Shown one piece after another: positions 1 through 9,733 of a DNA stretch of 64,000 nt. Numbering within the stretch: position 1 is the stretch's first letter; the number at the start of each line of letters is the position of its first letter. The notes under the pieces were generated by a model that was given only the letters and a program-made list of their open reading frames with translations, was not told where the DNA came from and searched no databases. Source of the stretch: a candidate division FCPU426 bacterium (GTDB lineage: Bacteria; Oederibacteriota; PGYV01; Palsa-1178); the NCBI GenBank assembly GCA_963840035.1, contig CAWIXE010000001.1, positions 928,001 to 992,000 of the forward strand. Reading direction: 5' to 3'. The position numbers were made by a program, and so were the translations under genes.

Positions 1-622
1 AGAGACGCCCCTTGTGGGCGTCTCAGGGCAGGTGTTAGACGGGCACGAGGCCCGTCTCTACGAGTTTTGGGAGATTTGTGAATCGCCCCTGCGTGGCAAT
101 AAATATTTACAACCACTGTAGAGACGCCCCTGGTGGGCGTCTCAGGGCAGGTGTTAGACGGGGACGAGCCCCGTCTCTACGAGTTTTGGGAGATTTGTGA
201 ATCGCCCCTGCGTGGCAATAAATATTTACAACCACTGTAGAGACGCCCCTTGTGGGCGTCTCAGGGCAGGTGTTAGACGGGGACGAGCCCCGTCTCTACG
301 AGTTTTGGGCGATTCGTGAATTGTCCTAACGGGGCTGTAAATATTTACAACCACTGTAGAGACGCCCCTGGTGGGCGTCTCAGGGCAGGTGTTAGACGGG
401 CACGAGGCCCGTCTCTACGAGTTTTGGGAGATTTGTGAATCGCCCCTGCGTGGCAATAAATATTTACAACCACTGTAGAGACGCCCCTTGTGGGCGTCTC
501 AGGGCAGGTGTTAGACGGGGACGAGCCCCGTCTCTACGAGTTTTGGGCGATTCGTGAATTGTCCTAACGGGGCTGTAAATATTTACAACCACTGTAGAGA
601 CGCCCCTGGTGGGCGTCTCAGG
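1..622. repeat. Tandem array of 119-bp units built from GTAG-type REP-like hairpins (>=5.2 units, open at window start)
   Basis: GTAGAGACGCCC recurs at 118, 237, 356, 475 and 594 (exact 119-bp period). Each unit has GAGACGCCC-loop-GGGCGTCTC, AGACGGG(C/G)-ACGAG-(G/C)CCCGTCT-CTAC and a degenerate GGGCGATTCGTGAATCGCCCCTAC. Confidence 0.95.
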
Positions 623-726
623 TCAGGACCCTGAAGGTGTCATATATGGACGTTGTTTATTATTTACCATTCCCAGTATTTGTTGTAATATATCCCCGTT
701 ATCAAATTATACCTGGAGGTTCATTT

Positions 727-2274
727 ATGAAAAAAGTCCTTTTAATTATCCGTGACGGCTGGGGCATAGGCCCTGATTCCGCTTACAATGCCGTGAAGAA
801 CGCAAACAAGCCGCGCACTGACGCGATGCTTAAAAAATACCCTTCCAGCGTCCTTGAAGCGTCGGGATTATCCGTCGGAGTTCCCGCGGGATATATGGGA
901 AGCTCGGAAGTCGGGCATCTTAACATGGGGGCGGCCCGCATAGTAAAGCAGGAAGTCGTGCGCATTAACGAAGCCATCGAGGCCGGCACGGTATTCGGTA
1001 ATCCCAACATGAAGCGGGCTTTTGACGCGGCGAAAAAAAGCGGAGCGCTGCATGTGATGGGGCTGGTACAGGATGAGGGAGTACACGCGCACCAGGAACA
1101 TATGTATGCCATTGTAAAGGAAGCGGCGGCGCAGAAGATTGCCAATGTATACATCCACTTCTTCGCTGACGGCCGCGACACATACCCAAAAAGCGCCCTT
1201 ACCTATCTGGACGCGCTTGAGGCAAAATTCAAGGAATACGGGCTGGGCACTGTCGGGACATTGATGGGCAGGTATTATGCCATGGACCGCGGCAAGAACT
1301 GGGACCTTATTGATAAGGCTTATAACTGCATGACAAAGTGCGAGGGCAAAAAAGCCGCCACCGCGCGTGAAGCCATAGAGGAAAGCTATAAGAATGACAA
1401 GCTCTCAAACGGCGATGAAATGACTGACGAGTACATACCGCCCACGGTAATCGGGAATTTCCCGGGCATAAAGGACGGCGACGGCGTCATACACACCAAT
1501 TACCGCCAGGACCGCGCCATACAGCTCACAAACATTTTTGTCGATGACGTTTACCCGGGCAAACGCTGGAAGAAGCTCGACATAGCTTACTGCGGGCTTA
1601 CCCGGTATTATGACGCGTTCAAGTTTAACGTGCTCCCGCCGCTTGATGAGGGCGGCGACATGGTGAACTTAGTCGGCGAAGAAGTCTCAAAAAAAGGCAT
1701 GAAGCAGCTGCGCATAACAGAGACGCAGAAGTTCAAGCACGTCACATCATTCTTTAACGGCAAGATGCTCGAGCCATACAAGGGCGAGGACCGCATTGAG
1801 TTAAAGGGCCGTTTCGACCCGGCATCATTCGCGGAACACCCTGAGATGGAAGCTTACCTGGTTGCTGACCGCGCCGTTGAGGAAATAAAGTCAAACAAAT
1901 ATGATTTCATCACAATAAACTTCGCCAACTGCGACATGGTGGGACATACAGGCTCATACGAAGCCGCGCGAAAAGCCGTGGAAGTTGTGGATGAATGCAC
2001 GGGTAAAGTAACGGACGCCGCATTAGCCGCAGGCTATGTGACTTTGATTACCGCTGATCATGGCAACGCCGAAGAAATGGCTGACGCGGCTACAGGCGCC
2101 GCTAAGACGGCGCATACCACTTATCCGGTGGAGTTTATTTACGCCGGAGCCGACGCGGATAAGGTAAAGCTGCGTAAAAAAGGGGTTCTTGCCGACATCG
2201 GAGCGACGGTCCTGGACCTGCTGGAAATACCCAAACCTAAAGAAGCCACGGCAGAGAGCCTTATATTAAAATAG
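727..2274 (+). CDS. gpmI: 2,3-bisphosphoglycerate-independent phosphoglycerate mutase
   Basis: LIIRDGWG, MGSSEVGH, DGRD, MGRYYAMDR, ETQKFKHVT, NCDMVGHTG and TADHGNAE motifs; GGAGG RBS before ATG 727. Confidence 0.97.
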   Translation: MKKVLLIIRDGWGIGPDSAYNAVKNANKPRTDAMLKKYPSSVLEASGLSVGVPAGYMGSSEVGHLNMGAARIVKQEVVRINEAIEAGTVFGNPNMKRAFDAAKKSGALHVMGLVQDEGVHAHQEHMYAIVKEAAAQKIANVYIHFFADGRDTYPKSALTYLDALEAKFKEYGLGTVGTLMGRYYAMDRGKNWDLIDKAYNCMTKCEGKKAATAREAIEESYKNDKLSNGDEMTDEYIPPTVIGNFPGIKDGDGVIHTNYRQDRAIQLTNIFVDDVYPGKRWKKLDIAYCGLTRYYDAFKFNVLPPLDEGGDMVNLVGEEVSKKGMKQLRITETQKFKHVTSFFNGKMLEPYKGEDRIELKGRFDPASFAEHPEMEAYLVADRAVEEIKSNKYDFITINFANCDMVGHTGSYEAARKAVEVVDECTGKVTDAALAAGYVTLITADHGNAEEMADAATGAAKTAHTTYPVEFIYAGADADKVKLRKKGVLADIGATVLDLLEIPKPKEATAESLILK

Positions 2275-3503
2275 ATGAGACATATTATTGATACGCGAAA
2301 AATAGCCCTGGTATTAGTGCTTGTCCTTGTTTGCGCGGGTTTTGTCCGCGCAGCCCCGGGCATACAGGACATAAACCGGTTTGCCTTTGAACTGTATTCA
2401 AACAGCGGTACGGCAGACAGGAATATTCTCATCTCCCCGTACGCTGTTTTTTCCGCCATGGCTATGGTGTCAGAGGGCGCAAGGGGAAAGACCTCGGATG
2501 AGATAATGGCAGCGCTCCATTTTCCGGCAGCCGCAGGCGACTTAAGGCAAAACCTTTCCTTCCTGCGCGATATCATGACAAAAAAAGAGAGGCAGTTCGA
2601 ATTTACCAGCGCCAGCGCGCTGTGGGCAAGCGATCTCTACAGCCTGCATAATGATTTTATTTCAAGGCTGAAACAGGATTATTTTGGCAACGTAAACAGC
2701 CTTGATTTTTCCGGCAATTCCGAGAATTCCCGCACTGCCATGAAATTCATGGTTTGAGTCAGCCACGGGAAGGCGCGCAAAACAGCCCGCGTCAGAAGGG
2801 CTGCTGGGCACAAGGACAAAGATGGTCTTAACCAGCGCCGCATGCTTAAAAACCGACTGGAAATATAAATTCAGTTTAAAGGATACAAAGACGGAGTATT
2901 TTTCAGGCCCTGCCGGAAAGGCGACGGCTGTGGAAATGATGCACGCGAAAATGAACGCTCTGCTGGATGAGGAATACTGGCCCGGCACAAGCGTGCTTGA
3001 AATGGAACTGGCGGGGAACGCCCTTTCCATGGTGGTCTTTTTGCCGGTGGACGGCGATATTGCAGGGCTGGAAAAACTGCTTACCCCCGAGAATATGGCG
3101 TCCTGGAAGGAATCACTCGAGCAGACCCATCATAAAGCCGAAGCGGTTGATGTAAGTCTCCCAAAATTCAGGATAGATTCCAGAAAACTGCTTGGCGGCA
3201 GCCTCTCACAGCTGGGCATGCCTTCGGTATTTACCGACGCTGATATGTCGGGAATGTCAGGAAACGAAAGGGCTGCTTATTTCACAGGCCATACATCAGG
3301 CTTATCTTGACGTAAATGAGGAAGGAACCGAGGACGCGCAGGTTAAGGCGTCATCGTTCATAGCGTTCAGGAACATGACCATGAGCATAGGAAAACCCGC
3401 GGTATTCAGGGCGGACAGGCCTTTTATTTTTATGATAAGGGAAAACACATCGGGTGTGATACTATTTATAGGGAAGTTTGTCAACCCTGAGGAAGCAGCG
3501 TAA
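2275..3503 (+). pseudogene. Secreted serpin family protein, split by two +1 frameshifts (~2744 and ~3268); pseudogene or sequencing error
   Basis: N-terminal signal peptide; NILISPYAVFSAMAMVSEGARGKT; VSLPKF; LDVNEEGTE; FRADRPFIFMIRE..LFIGKFVNP spread over three ORFs. Removing one A at each site restores a single frame. Confidence 0.85.
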
Positions 3504-3520
3504 GATCGAAATGATTATTT

Positions 3521-3606
3521 CCTTCTCCCCTTGGGAGAAGGTCAGGATGAGGGGTAATAATGCCTTGTGTTGTTCCCATCACCCCTACCCCTCTCCCAAA
3601 GGACGG
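3521..3606. repeat. Pair of CCCTCTCCC..GGGAGAGGG-type palindromic repeats (degenerate)
   Basis: CCTTCTCCCC-TT-GGGAGAAGGTCAGGATGAGGG followed by an inverted copy CCCATCACCCCTACCCCTCTCCC; same family at 10596, 10896, 46318 and 48061. Confidence 0.7.
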
Positions 3607-3663
3607 ACCGCTGGATTTACGGAAGATTGTCTGATATAATTGTAAAAAACATACGGGGGATTA

Positions 3664-4413
3664 ATGCACACACTCATACTTCTGCGCCACGGCGAATCCA
3701 CATGGAATAAAGAAAACCGCTTTACGGGCTGGACTGACGTGGACCTTTCTGAAAAGGGGCTGCTCGAGGCGCGTAAAGCAGGGGAATACCTAAAAAAAGC
3801 AGGCATGAGATTTGACGTGGCTTTCACCTCGCGCTTAAAGCGCGCTGTCATTACGCTTAACATTGTCCAGGAAGTGATGGACTTATTATGGGTCCCGGTT
3901 GTCCGCGCGTGGGAACTAAATGAAAGGCACTACGGAGCGCTGCAGGGGCTCAATAAATCCGAGATGGCTTTAAAATACGGCGAGGCGCAGGTAAAGATAT
4001 GGCGCAGGAGTTATGACGTACGTCCCCCCGCTCTTGAGTTAAATGACGGGAGACACCCATCAAAGGAAGAAAAATACAGGGATTTAACACCGGCGCAGCT
4101 GCCTTCGTGCGAGTGCCTGAAGGATACAGTCCTGAGGGCGGTCCCATATTATGAAAAGATGATAGTGCCGTGTCTGAAGGCCGGACAGACCGTTATGATA
4201 GCCGCGCACGGCAATTCGCTCAGGGCGCTGGTAAAATACCTGGACAATGTGGCGGAGGATGTAATTACGGAGCTGAATATCCCCACCGGATTACCGCTTA
4301 TTTATGAGCTTGGGGATGATCTTAAAGTTGAAAAAAGTTATTACCTGGGTGATCCTGAAGAGGTAAAAAAGGCGATGGAAGCGGTCGCCAACCAGGGGAA
4401 GGCAAAAAAATAG
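3664..4413 (+). CDS. gpmA: 2,3-bisphosphoglycerate-dependent phosphoglycerate mutase
   Basis: [43 protein letters not shown] and LNIPTG motifs. Confidence 0.97.
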   Translation: MHTLILLRHGESTWNKENRFTGWTDVDLSEKGLLEARKAGEYLKKAGMRFDVAFTSRLKRAVITLNIVQEVMDLLWVPVVRAWELNERHYGALQGLNKSEMALKYGEAQVKIWRRSYDVRPPALELNDGRHPSKEEKYRDLTPAQLPSCECLKDTVLRAVPYYEKMIVPCLKAGQTVMIAAHGNSLRALVKYLDNVAEDVITELNIPTGLPLIYELGDDLKVEKSYYLGDPEEVKKAMEAVANQGKAKK

Positions 4414-4484
4414 ATATTTACAATTTTTAATTTACGATTTACAATTGAGTCGCGATATAAAATTTCTATTAATTGGAGGAGGAA

Positions 4485-5030
4485 ATGAAAATGCACCTAT
4501 GGTCACTGTTCTTCGGAGTGTTTTTTGTCCTGATCGGAATTAACATCATTCTTAAAACGTTCTTTCACTTTGACATTCCGTTCTTTAGGATTGCTTTTGC
4601 TTTGCTCGTAATAGCAGTCGGTGTTTCCATCATGTTCCCGGGTACTTTTGGGAAGTGCTGCCCGCCAAATTCTGTAATTGACGAAAAGACAACGATGTTT
4701 GGAGAGCAGAATATCGGAGGCGACAAAATACCGGGCGAGCACAGCGTTGTATTTGGTTCGCTTAACCTTGATTTGACAAAGGTTGATATCAGCAAGGAAA
4801 CAGTTAAGGTAAAAGTAGACGCGGTTTTTGCCGGAGCTGAAATAAGAATTGACGCCACTAAACCTGTCCGTATCGTCGGAAGTTCGGCATTCGGAGGAAT
4901 AGTAATGCCTAATGGCAACACGGCGGCATTCGGGACGTCCATATACCAGTCAGATTCATATAAAGAAGGCCAGCCTTACCTGAACATAGATGTTAACGCT
5001 GTGTTCGGAGGGGTGGAGATTAAGAGATAA
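4485..5030 (+). CDS. LiaF/DUF2154-like membrane protein (cell-wall stress response family)
   Basis: Two N-terminal TM helices followed by repeated 'VFG/AFGG' beta motifs (SVVFGSLNLDL, AVFGGVEIKR). Confidence 0.7.
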   Translation: MKMHLWSLFFGVFFVLIGINIILKTFFHFDIPFFRIAFALLVIAVGVSIMFPGTFGKCCPPNSVIDEKTTMFGEQNIGGDKIPGEHSVVFGSLNLDLTKVDISKETVKVKVDAVFAGAEIRIDATKPVRIVGSSAFGGIVMPNGNTAAFGTSIYQSDSYKEGQPYLNIDVNAVFGGVEIKR

Positions 5031-5066
5031 TTTCTAATTACAAATTACTAATTACTAATAGTTGTG

Positions 5067-5089
5067 GGGCGGCGAAAGCCGCCCTTTTT
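5067..5089 (+). terminator. Rho-independent terminator
   Basis: GGGCGGC-GAAA-GCCGCCC-TTTTT. Confidence 0.85.
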
Positions 5090-5226
5090 ATTAATATGTG
5101 ATTTGGGACACAGTTATCATTATGGGAACGGGTATCTTAATGGCGAAATCAGGGGTGTTTTAAGAATGGGCCTTATTTATAAAGCGTTTTTTGGAATTGG
5201 ATTTTTTTATGCGGTTTCGTTTAAAC

Positions 5227-5256
5227 TTGACAACTTGCTTTTTCGTATTATATAAT
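5227..5256 (+). promoter_or_regulatory. Sigma70-type promoter
   Basis: TTGACA (5227) - 18 nt - TATAAT (5251), upstream of an AGGAGG RBS and ATG 5311. Confidence 0.65.
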
Positions 5257-5310
5257 AGATTCAGCTGGATTTTATTCTCTCTACCTACTTGATTAAGGAG
5301 GAAATAACGA

Positions 5311-5637
5311 ATGGGAATGACTCAGGCAGAAGCTATCGCAGAAAGACTTAAAGGGGAAGCAAAAAGACTTTACGCAGGCGCACTTATCAGGGTTTCTCTG
5401 GATGCTTATCCGAATGATGACGGAGCCGATGTTTACATCTATGCCCCGAGGAAGTTTTCAGACATGCTGCTGACAAAATTGAAAGCAGCCAGGATTACTT
5501 TTCTTAAGCCGACGAAAGTAAACGGCGATAAACTAAGGATCTTCATGGAAGACTCAGAGAATATGTCACCTGAGCTTAAGGCGAGGCTCACGGCGGCTAA
5601 CGCGGCTCCGGCAGCACCACAGCCGCCACAGAAATAA
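5311..5637 (+). CDS. Hypothetical protein (108 aa, Ala/Pro-rich C-tail)
   Basis: Strong AAGGAGG RBS, own promoter, typical codon usage; no family recognised. Confidence 0.75.
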   Translation: MGMTQAEAIAERLKGEAKRLYAGALIRVSLDAYPNDDGADVYIYAPRKFSDMLLTKLKAARITFLKPTKVNGDKLRIFMEDSENMSPELKARLTAANAAPAAPQPPQK

Positions 5638-5721
5638 ACCCGCAAAGGGGATAAAGCTTTGAATTTTGACTACGGGATAAGTGTCCCTGTATATTTTTAT
5701 TTTTATTGATATGAGGTATTG

Positions 5722-6645
5722 ATGAAAAGGCAGAAAAGAAAAAAGCATTTCACACTGATGGTTGTCCCCGATGACCACGGAAAAGTACTTTCCGTAAAAC
5801 TCGGGGCAAGGCTGTTTATATCCGTGCTTATCATATGGATAGCCAGCGTCGGCGTATCCGCGTATATCATAACAAGGCATGCGGATTACCGCGCCACAAA
5901 AGCGTATGACAAATATTTAACGCAAAAACACCAGGAGTTCGCTAAGGAAGTCCTGGAAGTCAGGGATTCGGTCAAACGGGTTTCGGAGATAGACAAACAG
6001 CTGCGTGACATGCTCCAGTTAAAAAGCCGCAACGCAATCATAAAATACACGGGCTTCGGCGGGCCGTCGTATATAGACACAAAACTCCTGGAAAAACACG
6101 TCAAGGAAAATGACGAGGTAATAAGCAGGCGCGCGTTTGAGATAGCGGTCCAGTACGTGCAGGACCAGGCAAAAAACAGCGAAGCTTCATTCCAGGACAT
6201 AGTAAGTTATATAACCGAGCAGAGGGCAAGGCTCACGGCAGTCCCTTCAGGATGGCCCATCAAGGGCTGGATTACGGCTTCATTCGGTTCCAGGATAGAC
6301 CCTTTTACGGGCTCGCTTTCATACCATGCCGGTGTCGACATAGCCAATGACATGGGCACGCCGGTTAAAACAACGGCCGACGGCGTCGTGGCTTTCGCGG
6401 AGTTTGACAGCGGCGGCTACGGAAACCTCGTGACAGTCAACCACGGAAACGGATACATGACAAAGTACGGCCACATGATAAAATATGTGGCGTCGCCCGG
6501 CCAGCATGTGAAAAAAGGCCAGGTAATAGGGTACGTCGGAAATACCGGACGCTCCACAGCACCGCACCTTCACTACGAGATAAAGCTGAACGGCGTGGCG
6601 GTTAATCCGGTTAAATACTTAAACAGAGAGATAGCGTTAAAATAA
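5722..6645 (+). CDS. M23 family metallopeptidase (peptidoglycan endopeptidase) with TM and coiled coil
   Basis: HAGVDIA (HxxxD), TKYGH and GRSTAPHLHYEI (HxH) motifs. Confidence 0.93.
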   Translation: MKRQKRKKHFTLMVVPDDHGKVLSVKLGARLFISVLIIWIASVGVSAYIITRHADYRATKAYDKYLTQKHQEFAKEVLEVRDSVKRVSEIDKQLRDMLQLKSRNAIIKYTGFGGPSYIDTKLLEKHVKENDEVISRRAFEIAVQYVQDQAKNSEASFQDIVSYITEQRARLTAVPSGWPIKGWITASFGSRIDPFTGSLSYHAGVDIANDMGTPVKTTADGVVAFAEFDSGGYGNLVTVNHGNGYMTKYGHMIKYVASPGQHVKKGQVIGYVGNTGRSTAPHLHYEIKLNGVAVNPVKYLNREIALK

Positions 6646-6704
6646 ATTTTCAATTTTAAATTTTCTATTTTCGATTAAAATCAAAAACATGTTAAGGAGA
6701 TATA

Positions 6705-7061
6705 ATGATATCCGCAGGGCTTGAGACTATCATAGGGAAGAGCTGTGAAACAAAAGGCGGCATATCGTCAAAGGGCGGCATCAGGGTTGACGGCCGCGTG
6801 GAAGGCGATGTCATATCGGAAGACTCGGTTATCATAGGCGAGAGCGCTGTTGTCAAAGGCGACGTTAAAGGCACGCACGTTGTCATAGGCGGCAAGGTAA
6901 GCGGAGATGTGATAGCCACCGTAAAACTCGAAATACTTCATACCGGAAAACTATACGGGGACATTAAAACCCCGAAACTCGCGATATCCGAAGGCGTGGT
7001 TTTTGAAGGCACGTGCGAGATGGAAAAGGACTATCAGGAAGCGCTGCCTTTAAAAAAATAG
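6705..7061 (+). CDS. Bactofilin (polymer-forming cytoskeletal protein)
   Basis: TIIG..GGIRVDGRVEGDV..VIIGESAVVKGDV..VVIGGKVSGDV..EGVVFEGTCEM; classic position after an M23 peptidase gene. Confidence 0.92.
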   Translation: MISAGLETIIGKSCETKGGISSKGGIRVDGRVEGDVISEDSVIIGESAVVKGDVKGTHVVIGGKVSGDVIATVKLEILHTGKLYGDIKTPKLAISEGVVFEGTCEMEKDYQEALPLKK

Positions 7062-7073
7062 CAGGGAAAGTTT

Positions 7074-7180
7074 GACCCAGGTCCCATGACCCAAAACCCA
7101 AGTCATAAAACCCAACTTTCAAAAACAGCAAAAGTTTCTTTCGTATTAACTTGGGTCATGAGTCCTGGGTCTTGTGACTG
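7074..7180. repeat. Inverted heptamer-repeat element (GACCCAN)n ... (NTGGGTC)n
   Basis: Left arm gacccag/gtcccat/gacccaa, right arm ttgggtc/atgagtc/ctgggtc; sister copy at 9596-9727. Confidence 0.75.
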
Positions 7181-7257
7181 AAATACCGTCCGCTCTTGAT
7201 AAAACTCCTGCAATCATATATACTATTGTTACAAATTAAAAAATGGATGGTGAGTTA

Positions 7258-8703
7258 ATGGTTAAAGTAAGGTTTGCCCCCAGCCCCACAGGATACCTTC
7301 ACATAGGAGGCGCGAGGACCGCGCTTTTTAATTATCTTTACGCGAGGCACAACAACGGAAAGTTTGTCCTGCGTATAGAGGACACGGACAAAGAACGGTC
7401 CACTAAGGAATCAGAGGTTGAAATACTTGAATCCATGAAATGGCTCGGCCTGAACTGGGACGAAGGCCCGGGAGTCTCCGCGGATGATTCCATGTACTAT
7501 CAGACAAGAAGGCTGGATGTTTACCACAAGTACGCGGAGAAACTCTTAAGCGAAGGCAAGGCGTATAAATGTTTCTGCACTAAAGAGGAGCTGGACGCCG
7601 ACAGAAAAAAAGCCGAAGCTGAAAAGCGCGCATTCAAATACGACGGCAAGTGCGGCCGCTTAAGCGCGGAAGAGGTAAAGGCAAACGAAGCCGCGGGAAA
7701 ACCATTTGTGGTAAGGATCCGCGTCGAGCAGACAGGCGAGACTATAGTTAAGGATATCGTAAGGGGGGACGTAAAGGTTCAGAACTCAACCCTGGATGAC
7801 GTTATAATCCTTCGCACCGATAAAATGCCAATCTATAATTTTGTCGTGGTGGTTGATGACGTGGAAATGGGCATTACGCATGTCATACGCGGCGAGGACC
7901 ATCTTTCAAACACACCAAAGCAGATACACATATATAAAGCCCTGGGTTTCCCCATGCCGGAATTCGCGCACATACCGCTTATTTTAGGGCAGGACAAGTC
8001 AAAGCTTTCCAAAAGGCACGGCGAGACTTCGGTCATGAGGTACAAGGAACTTGGATACCTTCCAGAGGCGCTTGTAAATTACCTGGCGCTGCTGGGCTGG
8101 TCACCTGATAACGAGGATACTATATTTTCCATGGAACAGCTCATTGAGAAGTTCGCCCTTGACCGCGTGCACAAGTCGGGCGCCATGTTTGACAACAAGA
8201 AACTGATGTACATAAACGGCGTCCACATCAGGGGCAAATCAGCCGATGAACTGACAAAAATGTGCGTGCCGTATCTTATTAAAGACGGCGTTATCACGGA
8301 AGATGACGTCAAAAACCGTTATGATTTTGTGAAGCACACAGTTGTGCTGCAGCAGGAAAAGCTGCAGGTGTTATCGGAAATATCCGCGCTGTCGTCATAT
8401 TTTTACAAGGATGAGTATGAGATGAACGAGGACGCGGCGAAGGTATGGGAGAAAAACGCGGCCGAGAGGGTTAAGATACTTGAAATATTTAAAAAGATAG
8501 TTGAAGAAACCGGAGTTGATAAAGTGAAGGTTGAGGAGCGCTTAAAAGCGGACATGGAAGCCGCGGGAATAAAAGCAAAAGCATTCATGCATGTGATTAG
8601 GGTGGTCCTCTCAGGGACAACCATGGGGCCAGGCCTTTTTGACATAGTTGAGACGCTGGGAAAAGATAAGTGTTTGAAAAGGATAGCAAAGTACGGTGGG
8701 TAG
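7258..8703 (+). CDS. gltX: Glutamate--tRNA ligase
   Basis: VRFAPSPTGYLHIGG, LRIEDTD, RGEDHLSNT and KLSKR motifs; promoter-like TTGATA-17-TATACT at 7196-7224. Confidence 0.97.
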   Translation: MVKVRFAPSPTGYLHIGGARTALFNYLYARHNNGKFVLRIEDTDKERSTKESEVEILESMKWLGLNWDEGPGVSADDSMYYQTRRLDVYHKYAEKLLSEGKAYKCFCTKEELDADRKKAEAEKRAFKYDGKCGRLSAEEVKANEAAGKPFVVRIRVEQTGETIVKDIVRGDVKVQNSTLDDVIILRTDKMPIYNFVVVVDDVEMGITHVIRGEDHLSNTPKQIHIYKALGFPMPEFAHIPLILGQDKSKLSKRHGETSVMRYKELGYLPEALVNYLALLGWSPDNEDTIFSMEQLIEKFALDRVHKSGAMFDNKKLMYINGVHIRGKSADELTKMCVPYLIKDGVITEDDVKNRYDFVKHTVVLQQEKLQVLSEISALSSYFYKDEYEMNEDAAKVWEKNAAERVKILEIFKKIVEETGVDKVKVEERLKADMEAAGIKAKAFMHVIRVVLSGTTMGPGLFDIVETLGKDKCLKRIAKYGG

Positions 8704-8774
8704 TGGATGGCGAGTAGAGTGTGGAAGCCGCATCATCTGAGACGGTTTATCTGAGACGATTTAAGAGGGGTGTT

Positions 8775-9593
8775 ATGTCAATTATAGAAACAATTCATAA
8801 GCGCACATCGTGGCGTACTTTTTCAAAGACTCCTGTTGAGCATGAAAAAATCGCGGCACTAAGGGAATTTATGGCGTCAAATACTACGGGCGTATTCGGG
8901 TCAAAGATACGTTTTGACCTGGTGGATTTCGCTGAAACTCCCCATGAACTTTTAAAATCCCTTGGCACTTACAGTGTTATAAAAGACGCCAGGCTTTTCA
9001 TGGCCGGCTGCGTTTCAAATACAGGCAGGTACCTGGAAGATTACGGCTATGCCATGGAAAAGAACATATTAAAGGCAGTGGAACTGGGGCTGGCTACATG
9101 CTGGCTTGGCGCCACTTTTAACAGGAACGGTTTTTCCGAACTGCTCAGGGCTTCTGAACATGAGAATATTCCGGCTGTTTCACCTGTCGGCTACCCCGCG
9201 GATAAAAGGCGCCTGGCGGACAATATGATGAGGAAGGTCGCGAATTCCGACACCAGAAAACACCTTTTTGAGATTTCCTTCCTTGATGACTTTGACACGC
9301 CGCGCGTGCCTGCCAATAAGTTTAAGACCGTGCTTGAATGCGTGAAACTCGGGCCGTCAGCCACAAACCAGCAGCCGTGGAGGTTTGTAAAGGAAGACAG
9401 CAAGCTGATATTCCATCTTTTTCTGGAGCGCACGAAAGGGTATCTGTATCCGGCAGGCCAGAATATAGACATGGGTATTGCAATGTGCCATTTTGAACTG
9501 GCGGCAAGGGAACTTGGGTTTACAGGGGAATGGGTTGTTTCAGATCCGGGAATTGAAGCGGGCGGCAGGGAGTATATAGCGACTTGGAAGTAG
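8775..9593 (+). CDS. Nitroreductase family protein (two-domain, TM1586-like)
   Basis: IHKRTSWRTF, LGLATCWLG, GPSATNQQPWRF and DMGIAMCHFEL motifs. Confidence 0.88.
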   Translation: MSIIETIHKRTSWRTFSKTPVEHEKIAALREFMASNTTGVFGSKIRFDLVDFAETPHELLKSLGTYSVIKDARLFMAGCVSNTGRYLEDYGYAMEKNILKAVELGLATCWLGATFNRNGFSELLRASEHENIPAVSPVGYPADKRRLADNMMRKVANSDTRKHLFEISFLDDFDTPRVPANKFKTVLECVKLGPSATNQQPWRFVKEDSKLIFHLFLERTKGYLYPAGQNIDMGIAMCHFELAARELGFTGEWVVSDPGIEAGGREYIATWK

Positions 9594-9595
9594 TT

Positions 9596-9727
9596 AGTCT
9601 CAAGACTCATGACCCAAGACCCAAGTGAAAACAGACAGTCACGAAATTTTATTAGATGACAAGTTTTAAAGATAGGATTTTAAGGCCGGATATTAGGACT
9701 TGAGTCATGGGTCATGGGACTTGGGTC
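9596..9727. repeat. Inverted heptamer-repeat element between convergent genes
   Basis: gtctcaa/gactcat/gacccaa/gacccaa ... ttgagtc/atgggtc/atgggac/ttgggtc. Confidence 0.78.
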
Positions 9728-9733
9728 GAAGAA

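Noticed and set aside
1..622. CRISPR array
   Set aside because: Whole 119-bp units repeat, there are no unique spacers, and no cas genes are present in the window.
637..726. Extended N-termini from the ORF track (gpmI 637; also 8721, 22419, 48027, 61968)
   Set aside because: Downstream ATGs fit family N-termini better and mostly have clearer RBSs; the extensions run through repeats or promoter regions.
5637..5700. Riboswitch upstream of the M23 peptidase
   Set aside because: Only small hairpins; no recognisable aptamer consensus.
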